Below, one piece after another: positions 27,670 through 36,710 of a stretch of 64,000 bases of DNA. Both the position numbers and the translations under genes were made by a program. Below the pieces are notes generated by a model that saw only the letters and a program-made list of their open reading frames with translations, searched no databases and was not told the DNA's origin. How positions within the stretch are numbered: position 1 is the first letter of the stretch; each line of letters begins with the position of its first letter. Location of the stretch: positions 11,644-75,643 of the forward strand of contig JAGWBK010000001.1 in NCBI GenBank assembly GCA_021295915.1, read 5' to 3'. This stretch comes from Dehalococcoidia bacterium. Its GTDB lineage: Bacteria > Chloroflexota > Dehalococcoidia > Lucifugimonadales > UBA1123.

Positions 27670-27996
27670 TTGCCCAGGTACGACTATCGTTGCACGGCCT
27701 GCGGCCACCAGTTCGAGTTAAGGCAGAGCTTTGACTCAGACCCAGTGGCAGACTGTCTCGAGTGCGGGTCGCCATCAAATCGCAAAATCCACGCACCTCC
27801 GGTCATCTTCAAGGGCAGCGGTTGGTACGTAACGGACTACGGCAAGGGTCGCGGCAACAACGGGATCAACTCGGAGCGATCGGAGGCGAAGTCGTCTGAA
27901 GGCGAGTCATCCGAGAGTGGCAAGTCTGAGAACTCGTCCAAGTCGAATGAGTCCAAGTCCGAAGCTAAGAGTGCATCAACAGCCAGCAACGAATAG
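27670..27996 (+). CDS. FmdB-family zinc-ribbon protein with a Ser/Glu/Lys-rich tail
   Basis: MPRYDYRCTACGHQFE...CLECGS carries two CxxC pairs. The start is TTG with GGGAGG 7 nt upstream. The C-terminal ~45 aa are low complexity. Confidence 0.85.
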   Translation: MPRYDYRCTACGHQFELRQSFDSDPVADCLECGSPSNRKIHAPPVIFKGSGWYVTDYGKGRGNNGINSERSEAKSSEGESSESGKSENSSKSNESKSEAKSASTASNE

Positions 27997-27999
27997 CTT

Positions 28000-28464
28000 A
28001 TGCGCGCGCTGATTCAGCGTGTTTCGCAGGCATCCGTCACAGTGGACGGGGAGGTCCTGGGTCAGATAGGCCCGGGACTCGTTGTTTTTGTGGGGATCTC
28101 TGAAACGGACGGTCAGAGCGAGATTGAGTTTATCGTTTCCAAGACCGTCAACCTTCGAATCTTTGCTGACGATCAGGGACGCTTCAATCACTCTGCCCTG
28201 GACGTGGATGCCCAACTACTCGTCGTAAGCCAGTTTACGCTTTACGGCGATACACGCAGGGGGAGAAGGCCAAGCTTCAGCCGCGCCGCTGCTCCAGAGG
28301 AGGCCGCTGGTCTCTTCGAGGACTCACTTCTCGCGTTTGGGGAGACCGGCCTGAAAGTGGAGACTGGACGATTTCAGGCGTACATGAACGTGATCATACA
28401 CAACGATGGCCCAGTCACGATCATGATTGACTCTGACGACCTGAATCGCCCGCGTAGAGCGTAG
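28000..28464 (+). CDS. dtd: D-aminoacyl-tRNA deacylase
   Basis: MRALIQRV..., SQFTLYGDTRRGRRPSF and the C-terminal NDGPVTI are typical Dtd sequences. The length is 154 aa. Confidence 0.95.
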   Translation: MRALIQRVSQASVTVDGEVLGQIGPGLVVFVGISETDGQSEIEFIVSKTVNLRIFADDQGRFNHSALDVDAQLLVVSQFTLYGDTRRGRRPSFSRAAAPEEAAGLFEDSLLAFGETGLKVETGRFQAYMNVIIHNDGPVTIMIDSDDLNRPRRA

Positions 28465-28477
28465 GGCCAGAGCGGTA

Positions 28478-29362
28478 CTAACACCCGCATTCCGCGAGGC
28501 CCATCGCCCTCGCCTTCTCGATAAGAGCCTGCGCTCTCTTCACAACCGGGACGTCGATGACCTTGCCATCCAATGAGGTTGAGCCGCGTCCCATCGCCGC
28601 CGCTTCCTCGAATGCTTCAATCTCTCTCTGGGCCTGAGAGATCTCCTCTTCTGATGGAGAATACACGTTGTTGATGATGTCCAGCTGCGCCGGATGTATG
28701 GCAAATCGCCCCTTGAAGCCTATCGCTTTGGACATCTCGGTGTTTGCCTTCAGTGCGATGACATCTCGAAAGGAGAAGAAGGGCGTGTCGAGCGCGAGTA
28801 CGCCCGCTGCACGAGCGGCAACGGCAATCGCACCTCGCGCGTAGGCAAGTTCAGCATCCCCGTCGGTGCGTTTGATCTCCATATCGTTGGTGAAGTCTTC
28901 AGCGCCGAGGGCAACAGCCACAATTCTCTCTGAGGCTGTACAGATGTCGTACACCCTGACGATGGCTTCCGCGGACTCGATCCAGGGCACGAGCCGGGTG
29001 GCGCCCCGCTCGACCCCAGCGGCATCCTCCGCCCGGTCCAAAAGGCTTAATACTTCCGCCACTATCTCCGGGTTATCCATCTTGCCAACAGATACGCCAA
29101 AGATATGTGGGCCAACTACGGCTGAGAGGTCTTCCTCAAGAAGTCCAGTGTCCAGGGAATTGACCCGCGGTATCACAGAAACGCCCGTGGCGGCCAGTTC
29201 CGGTACGTACGATGCAGTCACGTTGCGGGCATTGGACTTCTCGTCCCAGGGGACGGAATCTTCCATGTCAGGCACAAAGGCGTCGGGCCTTAGTCCAATA
29301 GCGCGGTCGAGCATCCTCGGCGTGTTGCCCGGAACAAACAGCAGGCTTCTCAGAACAATCAT
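28478..29362 (-). CDS. HpcH/HpaI aldolase / citrate-lyase beta (CitE, malyl-CoA-lyase-like) family protein
   Basis: The N-terminus LRSLLFVPGNTPRMLDRA...DAFVPDMEDSV is typical of CitE-family lyases. The length is 294 aa. Confidence 0.85.
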   Translation of the reverse strand: MIVLRSLLFVPGNTPRMLDRAIGLRPDAFVPDMEDSVPWDEKSNARNVTASYVPELAATGVSVIPRVNSLDTGLLEEDLSAVVGPHIFGVSVGKMDNPEIVAEVLSLLDRAEDAAGVERGATRLVPWIESAEAIVRVYDICTASERIVAVALGAEDFTNDMEIKRTDGDAELAYARGAIAVAARAAGVLALDTPFFSFRDVIALKANTEMSKAIGFKGRFAIHPAQLDIINNVYSPSEEEISQAQREIEAFEEAAAMGRGSTSLDGKVIDVPVVKRAQALIEKARAMGLAECGC

Positions 29363-29497
29363 ATCGCCCCTAGTCCAATTTCATTCAGAACGTATTGCAA
29401 TGATTTGACGTGACGGCAGCACCCAAGTGCAGAAGTACGCACCGGTCAATAGGCAGTTGACTTGCAGGTCCAGTTACTCTCCGAGGCCGCACCGACT

Positions 29498-30439
29498 CTA
29501 TATGTGTGAGGAGATGAACTCGTTCATCCGCTGACGCGCTGACTGTCCCAGTTTGGTCGGATGTGCATCGAATCCATGAGGTCCCCCGGGATAGACGATG
29601 AGTTCGCCCTTGTTACCCGCGGCCATCCACCGCTGGTGCATGAACAGAGTGTCATCCAGCAGAGGGTCAAGGGTACCGACTGAGAAGAGGGCAGGGGGAA
29701 GGTCGTGAAGATCGGCGTACAGTGGCGAGACATCAGGGTCTTGACGCTTTTCGGCAGGCACGAAGTGATCGTAGAACCAGTCCATGATCGCTGTGCTCAG
29801 CACAAATGGTTCGTCGCCCCAACTTCGCTGTGATGGAGTCATGGCGAGATCGTAGACCCCGTAAACGAGATTTGCCGCCCTGAAGCCGGTGTAGCCGTGC
29901 CTGTCACGCATTCTCAGCAGTGTCGTTGCCGAGAGGTGACCTCCCGCAGACTCGCCGCCGATTACTATGTTGTCGACACCAAACTCGGACTTGGCGTTCT
30001 CAACTACCCATGCGGCAGCAGCCTCGCAGTCGTCTAGTGGCGCCGGATAAGGATGTTCAGGTGCAAGCCTGTAATCCACGCTGATCACCGCCGCTGAACA
30101 TGTCTGGGCAATCTCCTCGTTTCGCGGGTCCTGCAGGTGCGCCCGCCCTAGTACCCATCCTCCTCCGTGTATGTGCAAGTAGACACCACGGGGATTGTCA
30201 GGGACGAACGTCCTGAGGGTTATCGGTCCGTGTGGGCCGGCGATCTCACGCTCCTGGGCCATTTCAGAGACTACCACCGGTCCGGCAGGTCCCCGGCCCT
30301 CCTCTCGGGCCGCCCTCGTCTCCTCGACGGGCACGTCCATGGCTGAAGGAGCCTGAGCGAGCAACGCTTTCAGATCGGCGTTGAATGCTGAAGTTTCCGG
30401 GTCTATTGCATCTGGTCTGAAAAGTGTGTGATCGACCAT
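29498..30439 (-). CDS. Alpha/beta hydrolase, hormone-sensitive-lipase-type esterase
   Basis: The oxyanion motif HGGGWVLG and the nucleophile elbow GESAGG are present. SD AGGAG sits 7 nt upstream of the ATG. Confidence 0.88.
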   Translation of the reverse strand: MVDHTLFRPDAIDPETSAFNADLKALLAQAPSAMDVPVEETRAAREEGRGPAGPVVVSEMAQEREIAGPHGPITLRTFVPDNPRGVYLHIHGGGWVLGRAHLQDPRNEEIAQTCSAAVISVDYRLAPEHPYPAPLDDCEAAAAWVVENAKSEFGVDNIVIGGESAGGHLSATTLLRMRDRHGYTGFRAANLVYGVYDLAMTPSQRSWGDEPFVLSTAIMDWFYDHFVPAEKRQDPDVSPLYADLHDLPPALFSVGTLDPLLDDTLFMHQRWMAAGNKGELIVYPGGPHGFDAHPTKLGQSARQRMNEFISSHI

Positions 30440-30594
30440 GTTTACACTCCTGGTAGGCTGCAGGTTAGGTTATCACAGGGCAGGGGACGACCGGACAGAG
30501 CCCCAAGTCGCAGAGTTCGGATATAATAGAACGGTGTCTTAACCGAATCAGGGCGCATGCTTACAGGCGCTGCGAGATGGGGGTGGTGACAGAC

Positions 30595-33216
30595 ATGTTC
30601 AAGTCAATTGCCAAGATATTCGGCGGCTCCGATGAGAAGGTGATCGCTAAGCTGCAACCCGAGGTCGACAAGATTAACGACCTCGAGGGAGAGTTCGAGC
30701 GCCTTACCGACGACGGGCTTAACGAAAAGACGGATGAATTCAGACAGCGCGTCGGCCGAGGGGAGGGCCTGGACTCGCTTCTTCCTGAAGCGTTCGCGGC
30801 AGTACGCGAAGCAGCGAAGCGGACCCTAGGTCAGCGCCACTACGACGTTCAGCTGGTAGGCGGGTTAGTTCTTCACCAGGGCAAGATCGCCGAGATGAGA
30901 ACGGGTGAGGGCAAGACTCTCGTCGCCACTTTGCCTGCTTATCTCAACTCGCTCGGAGGAGAAGGTGTCCACGTTGTTACTGTCAACGACTACCTCGCCC
31001 GCCGCGACGCTCACTGGATGGGCGCGGTGTATTCCATGCTTGGAGTCACTGTAGGCGCGCTTCAGAACCAGAAGGCGCTGTTCTACGAGGCTGACTTCAC
31101 CGAGGGTGAAAGAGGCTTCGAACACATGAGGCCTGCCTCCAGGCAGGAGGCATACCGGGCCGACATCACCTATGGGACCAACAACGAATTCGGGTTCGAC
31201 TACCTCCGCGACAATATGGTCACATCCAATGAGGAGCGCGTTCAGCGTGAACTGGTGTTTGCAATCGTCGACGAGGTCGACAACATTCTCATCGACGAGG
31301 CCCGGACACCTCTGATCATCAGTGGTCCTGCGGATATGTCACAGCGGGATTATTCGAGATATGCTCGTGTAGCCCCAAGCTTGCGGATGGAAAAGGACTA
31401 CACAATCGAAGAGAAGCATCGCGCTGTCTCGCTCACACAGGACGGTATCACCAAGCTCGAAGGCAGTCTGGGCATCACCAACCTGTACGGCCCGGAGAAC
31501 TTCGGCGTCGTCCATCACATGGAAAATGCGCTTAAGGCTCAAGTCATCTTCCAGCGGGACCGCGACTACGTCGTCCAGGACCGAGAAGTAGTAATCGTCG
31601 ACGAGTTCACCGGAAGGCTCATGACCGGACGCCGGTACTCTGACGGTCTGCACCAGGCGATTGAGGCCAAAGAAGGCGTGCGAATCAAGCCAGAGTCGAT
31701 TACGTACGCGAACATAACCTTACAGAACTACTTCAGGCTGTACACGAAGCTCTCCGGGATGACCGGTACTGCCGCAACCGAGGCGGAAGAGTTCGACAAG
31801 ATATACAAGCTCGATGTTGTCAGCATCCCCACCAATCGACCAATGGCCCGCGAGGATACAACCGATCTCGTGTACCGGGATCAGAAGGCTAAGTACACAG
31901 CAGTAGTTGCCGAGATTGAACGACGCCGCGAGGAGGGGCAGCCTGTCCTGGTCGGAACAACTGACATCGACAAGTCTGAACTCCTAAGTGAAATGCTGCG
32001 CCGGAAGGGCATTCCACATGAAGTACTAAATGCCAAGCAGCATGAGAGGGAAGCGACGATAGTATCCCAGGCGGGTGAGCCCGGAGCTGTCACGGTTGCC
32101 ACGAACATGGCAGGCCGGGGTACGGACATTGTGCTGGGTGGAAGTCCTGACGCGAATGGGGCAGGTTCCCGAGACTGGGAGTCGAAGCACCAGACAGTCC
32201 TGAATGCTGGCGGGCTTCACATTATCGGCACCGAAAGACATGAAGCGCGTCGTATAGACAACCAGCTCAGGGGACGCGCGGGCAGGCAGGGAGATCCAGG
32301 GACCACGCAATTCTATGTCGCCCTTGACGATGAATTAATGCGTAGATTCGGCGGGGACCGAATCCGCTCAGTAATGGACTGGGCCGGACTTGAGGACGAC
32401 GTCCCCATCGACAACGGGATGATCAACAAGTCGATCGAGAACGCGCAGGTCAAAGTCGAGGCCTACCACTTCGACATGCGCAAGCACCTCGTCGAGTACG
32501 ACGACGTGGTCAACACTCACCGGGAGGTCATATATGGCGAGAGGGACAAGATTCTCTCCGGGGCAGACCTGAAGGCAAATATTCAGGACATGCTCGCAGA
32601 CCAGATCAGTGAAATCGTCGCCGCCACTCTGGGTGACAGCCGTCCTGCTGACTGGGACATAGACCTGTTCATAGCTGAAGTGGGAACTGTGCTGCCGCCA
32701 CCTGACGAGTTCTTCAATGATGACTACTTCGAGAAGAACGATGTCAATGCGGTAGAGTCCAAGCTTCTCGAACATGCGGAGAAGACCTATGAAGACATGG
32801 AAGAGGCGCTCACTCCCGAGATAATGCGCGACCTTGAGCGGTACCTGCTACTTCGATCAATCGATACGAACTGGGTACAGCACCTTACGACGATGGAGAA
32901 CCTTCGACAGGGAATCGGGCTCCACGCCTACGGACAACGTGACCCGCTTGTCATGTACCGCAAGGAGGGTATGGACCAGTTCCAGCTCCTGCAGCAGAAG
33001 ATCCAGAGTGACGTCGCGCACGCAATATTCAGGGCGCAGGTCACAATTGGGCAGCCGTTTGCCAACGGCAGCAACGGCCGCGTGAGAAGAAAGCGTCCTG
33101 CTCCACAGCCGATTAGAAGCGAAGCAGCAAGCGCCAAGGGCGGGCGCAAGGTAGGACGAAACCAGCCATGCCCGTGCGGTAGCGGAAAGAAGTACAAGCG
33201 ATGCTGCGCGGCGTGA
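30595..33216 (+). CDS. secA: Preprotein translocase ATPase SecA
   Basis: The N-terminus MFKSIAKIFGGS is typical. MRTGEGKTL (Walker A), DEVDNILIDEARTPLIIS and the C-terminal zinc motif CPCGSGKKYKRCC are present. I prefer the second in-frame ATG at 30595. Confidence 0.96.
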   Translation: MFKSIAKIFGGSDEKVIAKLQPEVDKINDLEGEFERLTDDGLNEKTDEFRQRVGRGEGLDSLLPEAFAAVREAAKRTLGQRHYDVQLVGGLVLHQGKIAEMRTGEGKTLVATLPAYLNSLGGEGVHVVTVNDYLARRDAHWMGAVYSMLGVTVGALQNQKALFYEADFTEGERGFEHMRPASRQEAYRADITYGTNNEFGFDYLRDNMVTSNEERVQRELVFAIVDEVDNILIDEARTPLIISGPADMSQRDYSRYARVAPSLRMEKDYTIEEKHRAVSLTQDGITKLEGSLGITNLYGPENFGVVHHMENALKAQVIFQRDRDYVVQDREVVIVDEFTGRLMTGRRYSDGLHQAIEAKEGVRIKPESITYANITLQNYFRLYTKLSGMTGTAATEAEEFDKIYKLDVVSIPTNRPMAREDTTDLVYRDQKAKYTAVVAEIERRREEGQPVLVGTTDIDKSELLSEMLRRKGIPHEVLNAKQHEREATIVSQAGEPGAVTVATNMAGRGTDIVLGGSPDANGAGSRDWESKHQTVLNAGGLHIIGTERHEARRIDNQLRGRAGRQGDPGTTQFYVALDDELMRRFGGDRIRSVMDWAGLEDDVPIDNGMINKSIENAQVKVEAYHFDMRKHLVEYDDVVNTHREVIYGERDKILSGADLKANIQDMLADQISEIVAATLGDSRPADWDIDLFIAEVGTVLPPPDEFFNDDYFEKNDVNAVESKLLEHAEKTYEDMEEALTPEIMRDLERYLLLRSIDTNWVQHLTTMENLRQGIGLHAYGQRDPLVMYRKEGMDQFQLLQQKIQSDVAHAIFRAQVTIGQPFANGSNGRVRRKRPAPQPIRSEAASAKGGRKVGRNQPCPCGSGKKYKRCCAA

Positions 33217-33292
33217 TTTTGCTAGTCGCCATACCAAGTTGCTTCTATGACCCGCTGACGATCCATAACCCGAGGGAGTTTCCGGTCTAAAG

Positions 33293-35059
33293 ATGACGAA
33301 CTCCGAGATTGCAGAGAGGTTCGAGACCATCGTCAGCCTTCTCCAGATGAAAGAGGAGAAGGGATTTACGATCCGAGCGTACCAACGTGCGGCACGTACC
33401 ATCGAGCGCCTTCCTCGAGACGTCGACGCTATGGTTCGAGAAGGTGAAGACCTGACCGAAATCCCCGGCATAGGTAAGGCGATCTCGGCAAAGATTTCAG
33501 AGTTGGCCGACACCGGCGAGATGAGCTACCTGGAACGTCTCAAGGCAGAATTTCCGGAGGGGATTCTCGATCTCGTAGAGATACCCGGGCTGGGTCCAAA
33601 GACAGTGGTGAGAGTCTGGAAAGAGCTGGACGTTACTTCAGTCGAGGCGCTGTCAGCGGCCATCGAGGACGGAAGGGTGGCATCTCTCCCCAGGATGGGG
33701 AAGAAGAGCGCCGAGAATATCCTCAGGGCAATCCAGTTTGCCAGGACAAAGGGAGACCGCACACCAATCTCAAGAGCCATGGATACGGCCCAACGAGTAA
33801 GGTCGCACATGGAGTCGACCTGCCCGGAGATATCCCAACTGGTCTTCTGCGGTAGCTTGAGAAGGTTCGAAGAGACGGTCGGGGACCTTGACCTCGTGTG
33901 CGTCACCGACGAGCCTCAGAGGGCTCTCGATGCGATGGTGGCGATGGACTCGGTAGAAGAAGTGCTAGGTCACGGAGAAAGCAAAGTTTCTGTCGTGCTG
34001 AACTCAGGCATCCAGATAGACCTCCGTGTTGCCGAGGCGCAAAACCTGGGTGCCATGCTGCAGTATTTCACTGGCAACCTGCATCACAATGTTCTGCTTC
34101 GAGAAGTCGCCACTGGTCTGCGATTTTCGCTCAACGAATACGGGCTTACCAATCTGGACACCGGAGAGCTAGAGACCTTCCGAGATGAAGAATCGCTCTA
34201 CGCCAGACTCGGCCTCCAGTACATTCCTCCTGAATTACGGCAGGGAGGCTCAGAAGTTCGGGATGCCAGAAATGGGGCGCTTACCCACTTGGTGCAGGTT
34301 GCAGACATCAGGGGAGACCTGCACTCACACACGGACTGGAGCGATGGACGCGACACCATGGAGGAGATGATCCGTGCCGCCAAGGGCCGTGGCCTCGAAT
34401 ACATCGCAGTTACAGACCACTCAGTTGGACGTGGCATAGCAAACGGGTTAAGCATCGAACGACTCGAGAGACACGGAGAACGACTGAAGGAAGTCGCCGA
34501 GGCTGTCGGCGGCATTCGCGTTCTTCGCGGCACTGAAATGGACATCAGGGCGGACGGAACTCTCGACTACGCTGACGACGTACTGGAGAATCTGGACTGG
34601 GTCGTCGCATCCGTACACAGCGCGATGGCACAGGACTCGGAGACGATGACAAAGCGAATCATCTCTGCGATGAAGAACCCGCATGTCTCGGCGATTGGTC
34701 ACCTTTCGACAAGGTTGATCGGAGAGCGTCGTCCTGTTGACGCGGACTACGAAGCAATCTTCAGAGCGGCCGCAGACACAGGAACGGCCCTGGAGATCAA
34801 CGGCTCCCTGGAACGGCTCGACCTCAAGGACACCCACATTCGAAGGGCTAGGGAGCTTGGAGCTCCCCTGGTGATCGATACAGATGCCCACACCGTAGAG
34901 TCTCTGGGCAATCTGGAATTCGGCGCTCGACTGGCGAGACGGGCCTCGTGCGAACCACACCATATCGTAAACTGCATGGGCGCTGAACAGTTCTTTTCGT
35001 GGCTGAAACTGGACAAGTCAGCGCGAAGTAAGGCATTATCGGAGCATGGGCGAGTGTAA
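33293..35059 (+). CDS. polX: Family X DNA polymerase with a C-terminal PHP domain (PolX)
   Basis: The N-terminal HhH region (RAYQRAARTIE, IPGIGKAI), the GSLRR...GDLDL nucleotidyltransferase motif and the PHP histidines DLHSHTDWSDG and VTDH are present. The length is 588 aa. Confidence 0.92.
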   Translation: MTNSEIAERFETIVSLLQMKEEKGFTIRAYQRAARTIERLPRDVDAMVREGEDLTEIPGIGKAISAKISELADTGEMSYLERLKAEFPEGILDLVEIPGLGPKTVVRVWKELDVTSVEALSAAIEDGRVASLPRMGKKSAENILRAIQFARTKGDRTPISRAMDTAQRVRSHMESTCPEISQLVFCGSLRRFEETVGDLDLVCVTDEPQRALDAMVAMDSVEEVLGHGESKVSVVLNSGIQIDLRVAEAQNLGAMLQYFTGNLHHNVLLREVATGLRFSLNEYGLTNLDTGELETFRDEESLYARLGLQYIPPELRQGGSEVRDARNGALTHLVQVADIRGDLHSHTDWSDGRDTMEEMIRAAKGRGLEYIAVTDHSVGRGIANGLSIERLERHGERLKEVAEAVGGIRVLRGTEMDIRADGTLDYADDVLENLDWVVASVHSAMAQDSETMTKRIISAMKNPHVSAIGHLSTRLIGERRPVDADYEAIFRAAADTGTALEINGSLERLDLKDTHIRRARELGAPLVIDTDAHTVESLGNLEFGARLARRASCEPHHIVNCMGAEQFFSWLKLDKSARSKALSEHGRV

Positions 35060-35090
35060 TTCCAACACAGGGCCTGCTGAGGTGGAGGCA

Positions 35091-35741
35091 ATGTCCCTCC
35101 TCAGGGAGAAACTCGAACAGGGTGAAAGTTGGCCAAAAGCCCTGCTCGAGGCAATGGCACTTTGGACTGCCCCTGAGGAGACATTCCTCGATACCAAGCT
35201 CGTTTACCTCATTGGCTCTGAAGCATTCGACTGGTTGGCGCTGGCAAATCGCCTGTCCTTCGAGGTCAGGGACCTCATCCCGGAAGAAGAGCTGGAGTCC
35301 CTTCTATTCGCCGGACGCTTTCCTTCTGACTTCGACGAGGCCGAGTTCAAGAGCATTCTCGGTTCGGACAAGTACAGTGCATACCTGAACTATTTCTATG
35401 GTGTCGAAGTGGAGATGGCCCTCCAGAACACGGTAGAGGGCGAAGTTGCCAAGCGCTTCTACGCAAGTGGTCGCCAGTACGCTGCCGATCACTCTGACGC
35501 GACATTCCAGAGAATCTATCGATCGTCCTACGACGACCTGCTGTCGTCATTCCGTGATGACCAGGACGTACCCAACAACCCGGTGGCGACACTTACTGAA
35601 CTCAAGGAGTTCACGTACTGGTTGTTCAAACGCAGGTTGCGGGTGTCGGACAAGGCCAAACTTGCATCCGACACACATAAGGGCATCTCAGCGCTGGATT
35701 CCGCCGTCCACGTTCCAGAGGAGATCGGCGCGTTCGCCTAG
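35091..35741 (+). CDS. Hypothetical protein (216 aa)
   Basis: An ORF 31 nt after the polX stop. The ATG at 35091 is preceded by GAGGTGGAGG. I recognise no motif. Confidence 0.55.
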   Translation: MSLLREKLEQGESWPKALLEAMALWTAPEETFLDTKLVYLIGSEAFDWLALANRLSFEVRDLIPEEELESLLFAGRFPSDFDEAEFKSILGSDKYSAYLNYFYGVEVEMALQNTVEGEVAKRFYASGRQYAADHSDATFQRIYRSSYDDLLSSFRDDQDVPNNPVATLTELKEFTYWLFKRRLRVSDKAKLASDTHKGISALDSAVHVPEEIGAFA

Positions 35742-35837
35742 CAGGCACCTGTACTATGGCTCCGACGGTCGATGTGTCACTCTGTGACCGGGGAGCCTTA
35801 ACCGCTTCCTATGTTTGATTGAAGTCGACCTAACGGC

Positions 35838-36608
35838 TCACCTGAACATGTCGCGGGAGCGTTCTCGGACAAGTTGCTGGCTATTGCCCTCGGACTCGTC
35901 ATACGGGTAGCCACGTACTATCGACACGGGAATGCCTATCGCCTTGAACTGTACCAGCTCAGCTGCGGCTGCAAGCTCATCCGCCACGGCGATGGTTGTG
36001 ACGTGCATCTCACGTCCCTGTGCGTCCGGTAGTCCCCTGTAGTCCATCATGGGGTCCATTCCAGCCACACCTACTGCGAAGTTAACGTGGCCGTCACGCC
36101 AGGCCCGGCCGAACGTGTCGGAGATAATCACCGGAGTCTGAACACCTGAGGACCTGCGAATGTCCTCCATGATCCTCCGGGCCGATTCATCGGAATCGAC
36201 GGGCAGCAGGCAGACTACGTCGTCCCCGGGGATATTGGACTGATCTATCCCAGCGTTTGCGCATACGAATCCGTGGTGCGTCTCGGAGATTATGACGCCG
36301 CGATCCGGGTCCATCCTGACAATTGACTTGCTCTCCTGAAGAACGAGCTCAATCAGCCTCGGGTCCCGGTCGGCAATTCTCGCGAATCCGACGGCGAATT
36401 CCGACGGCTCTACTGTAGACAACTTGACCAGACGGCCTTCGGCCTTAGACACGATCTTCTGGGTCACGACGACGATGTCGCCTGACTCCAGGGCTGTGCC
36501 CTGAGCTGCCGCTGCCTCGACAATGGTCTGGCCCAGCCTGTCGCCGGGCTGGACTTCAGGAATACCGTTTATGCCGAAGATGCTGACCGAATTAACTGAC
36601 TGTTCCAT
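35838..36608 (-). CDS. cofE: Coenzyme F420-0:L-glutamate ligase
   Basis: VVVTQKIVSKAEGR and CANAGIDQSN are typical of CofE and the FbiB N-terminal domain. The length is 256 aa. Confidence 0.85.
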   Translation of the reverse strand: MEQSVNSVSIFGINGIPEVQPGDRLGQTIVEAAAAQGTALESGDIVVVTQKIVSKAEGRLVKLSTVEPSEFAVGFARIADRDPRLIELVLQESKSIVRMDPDRGVIISETHHGFVCANAGIDQSNIPGDDVVCLLPVDSDESARRIMEDIRRSSGVQTPVIISDTFGRAWRDGHVNFAVGVAGMDPMMDYRGLPDAQGREMHVTTIAVADELAAAAELVQFKAIGIPVSIVRGYPYDESEGNSQQLVRERSRDMFR

Positions 36609-36710
36609 TGTTCAAGCCACCATCGACCGGCGGAAATTCAGGCCGCCTGCCAAACTTGTCTCCCTGCCTGCCATACCAACGCATTCGTACCGGAAGGATA
36701 TCAGGGCATA

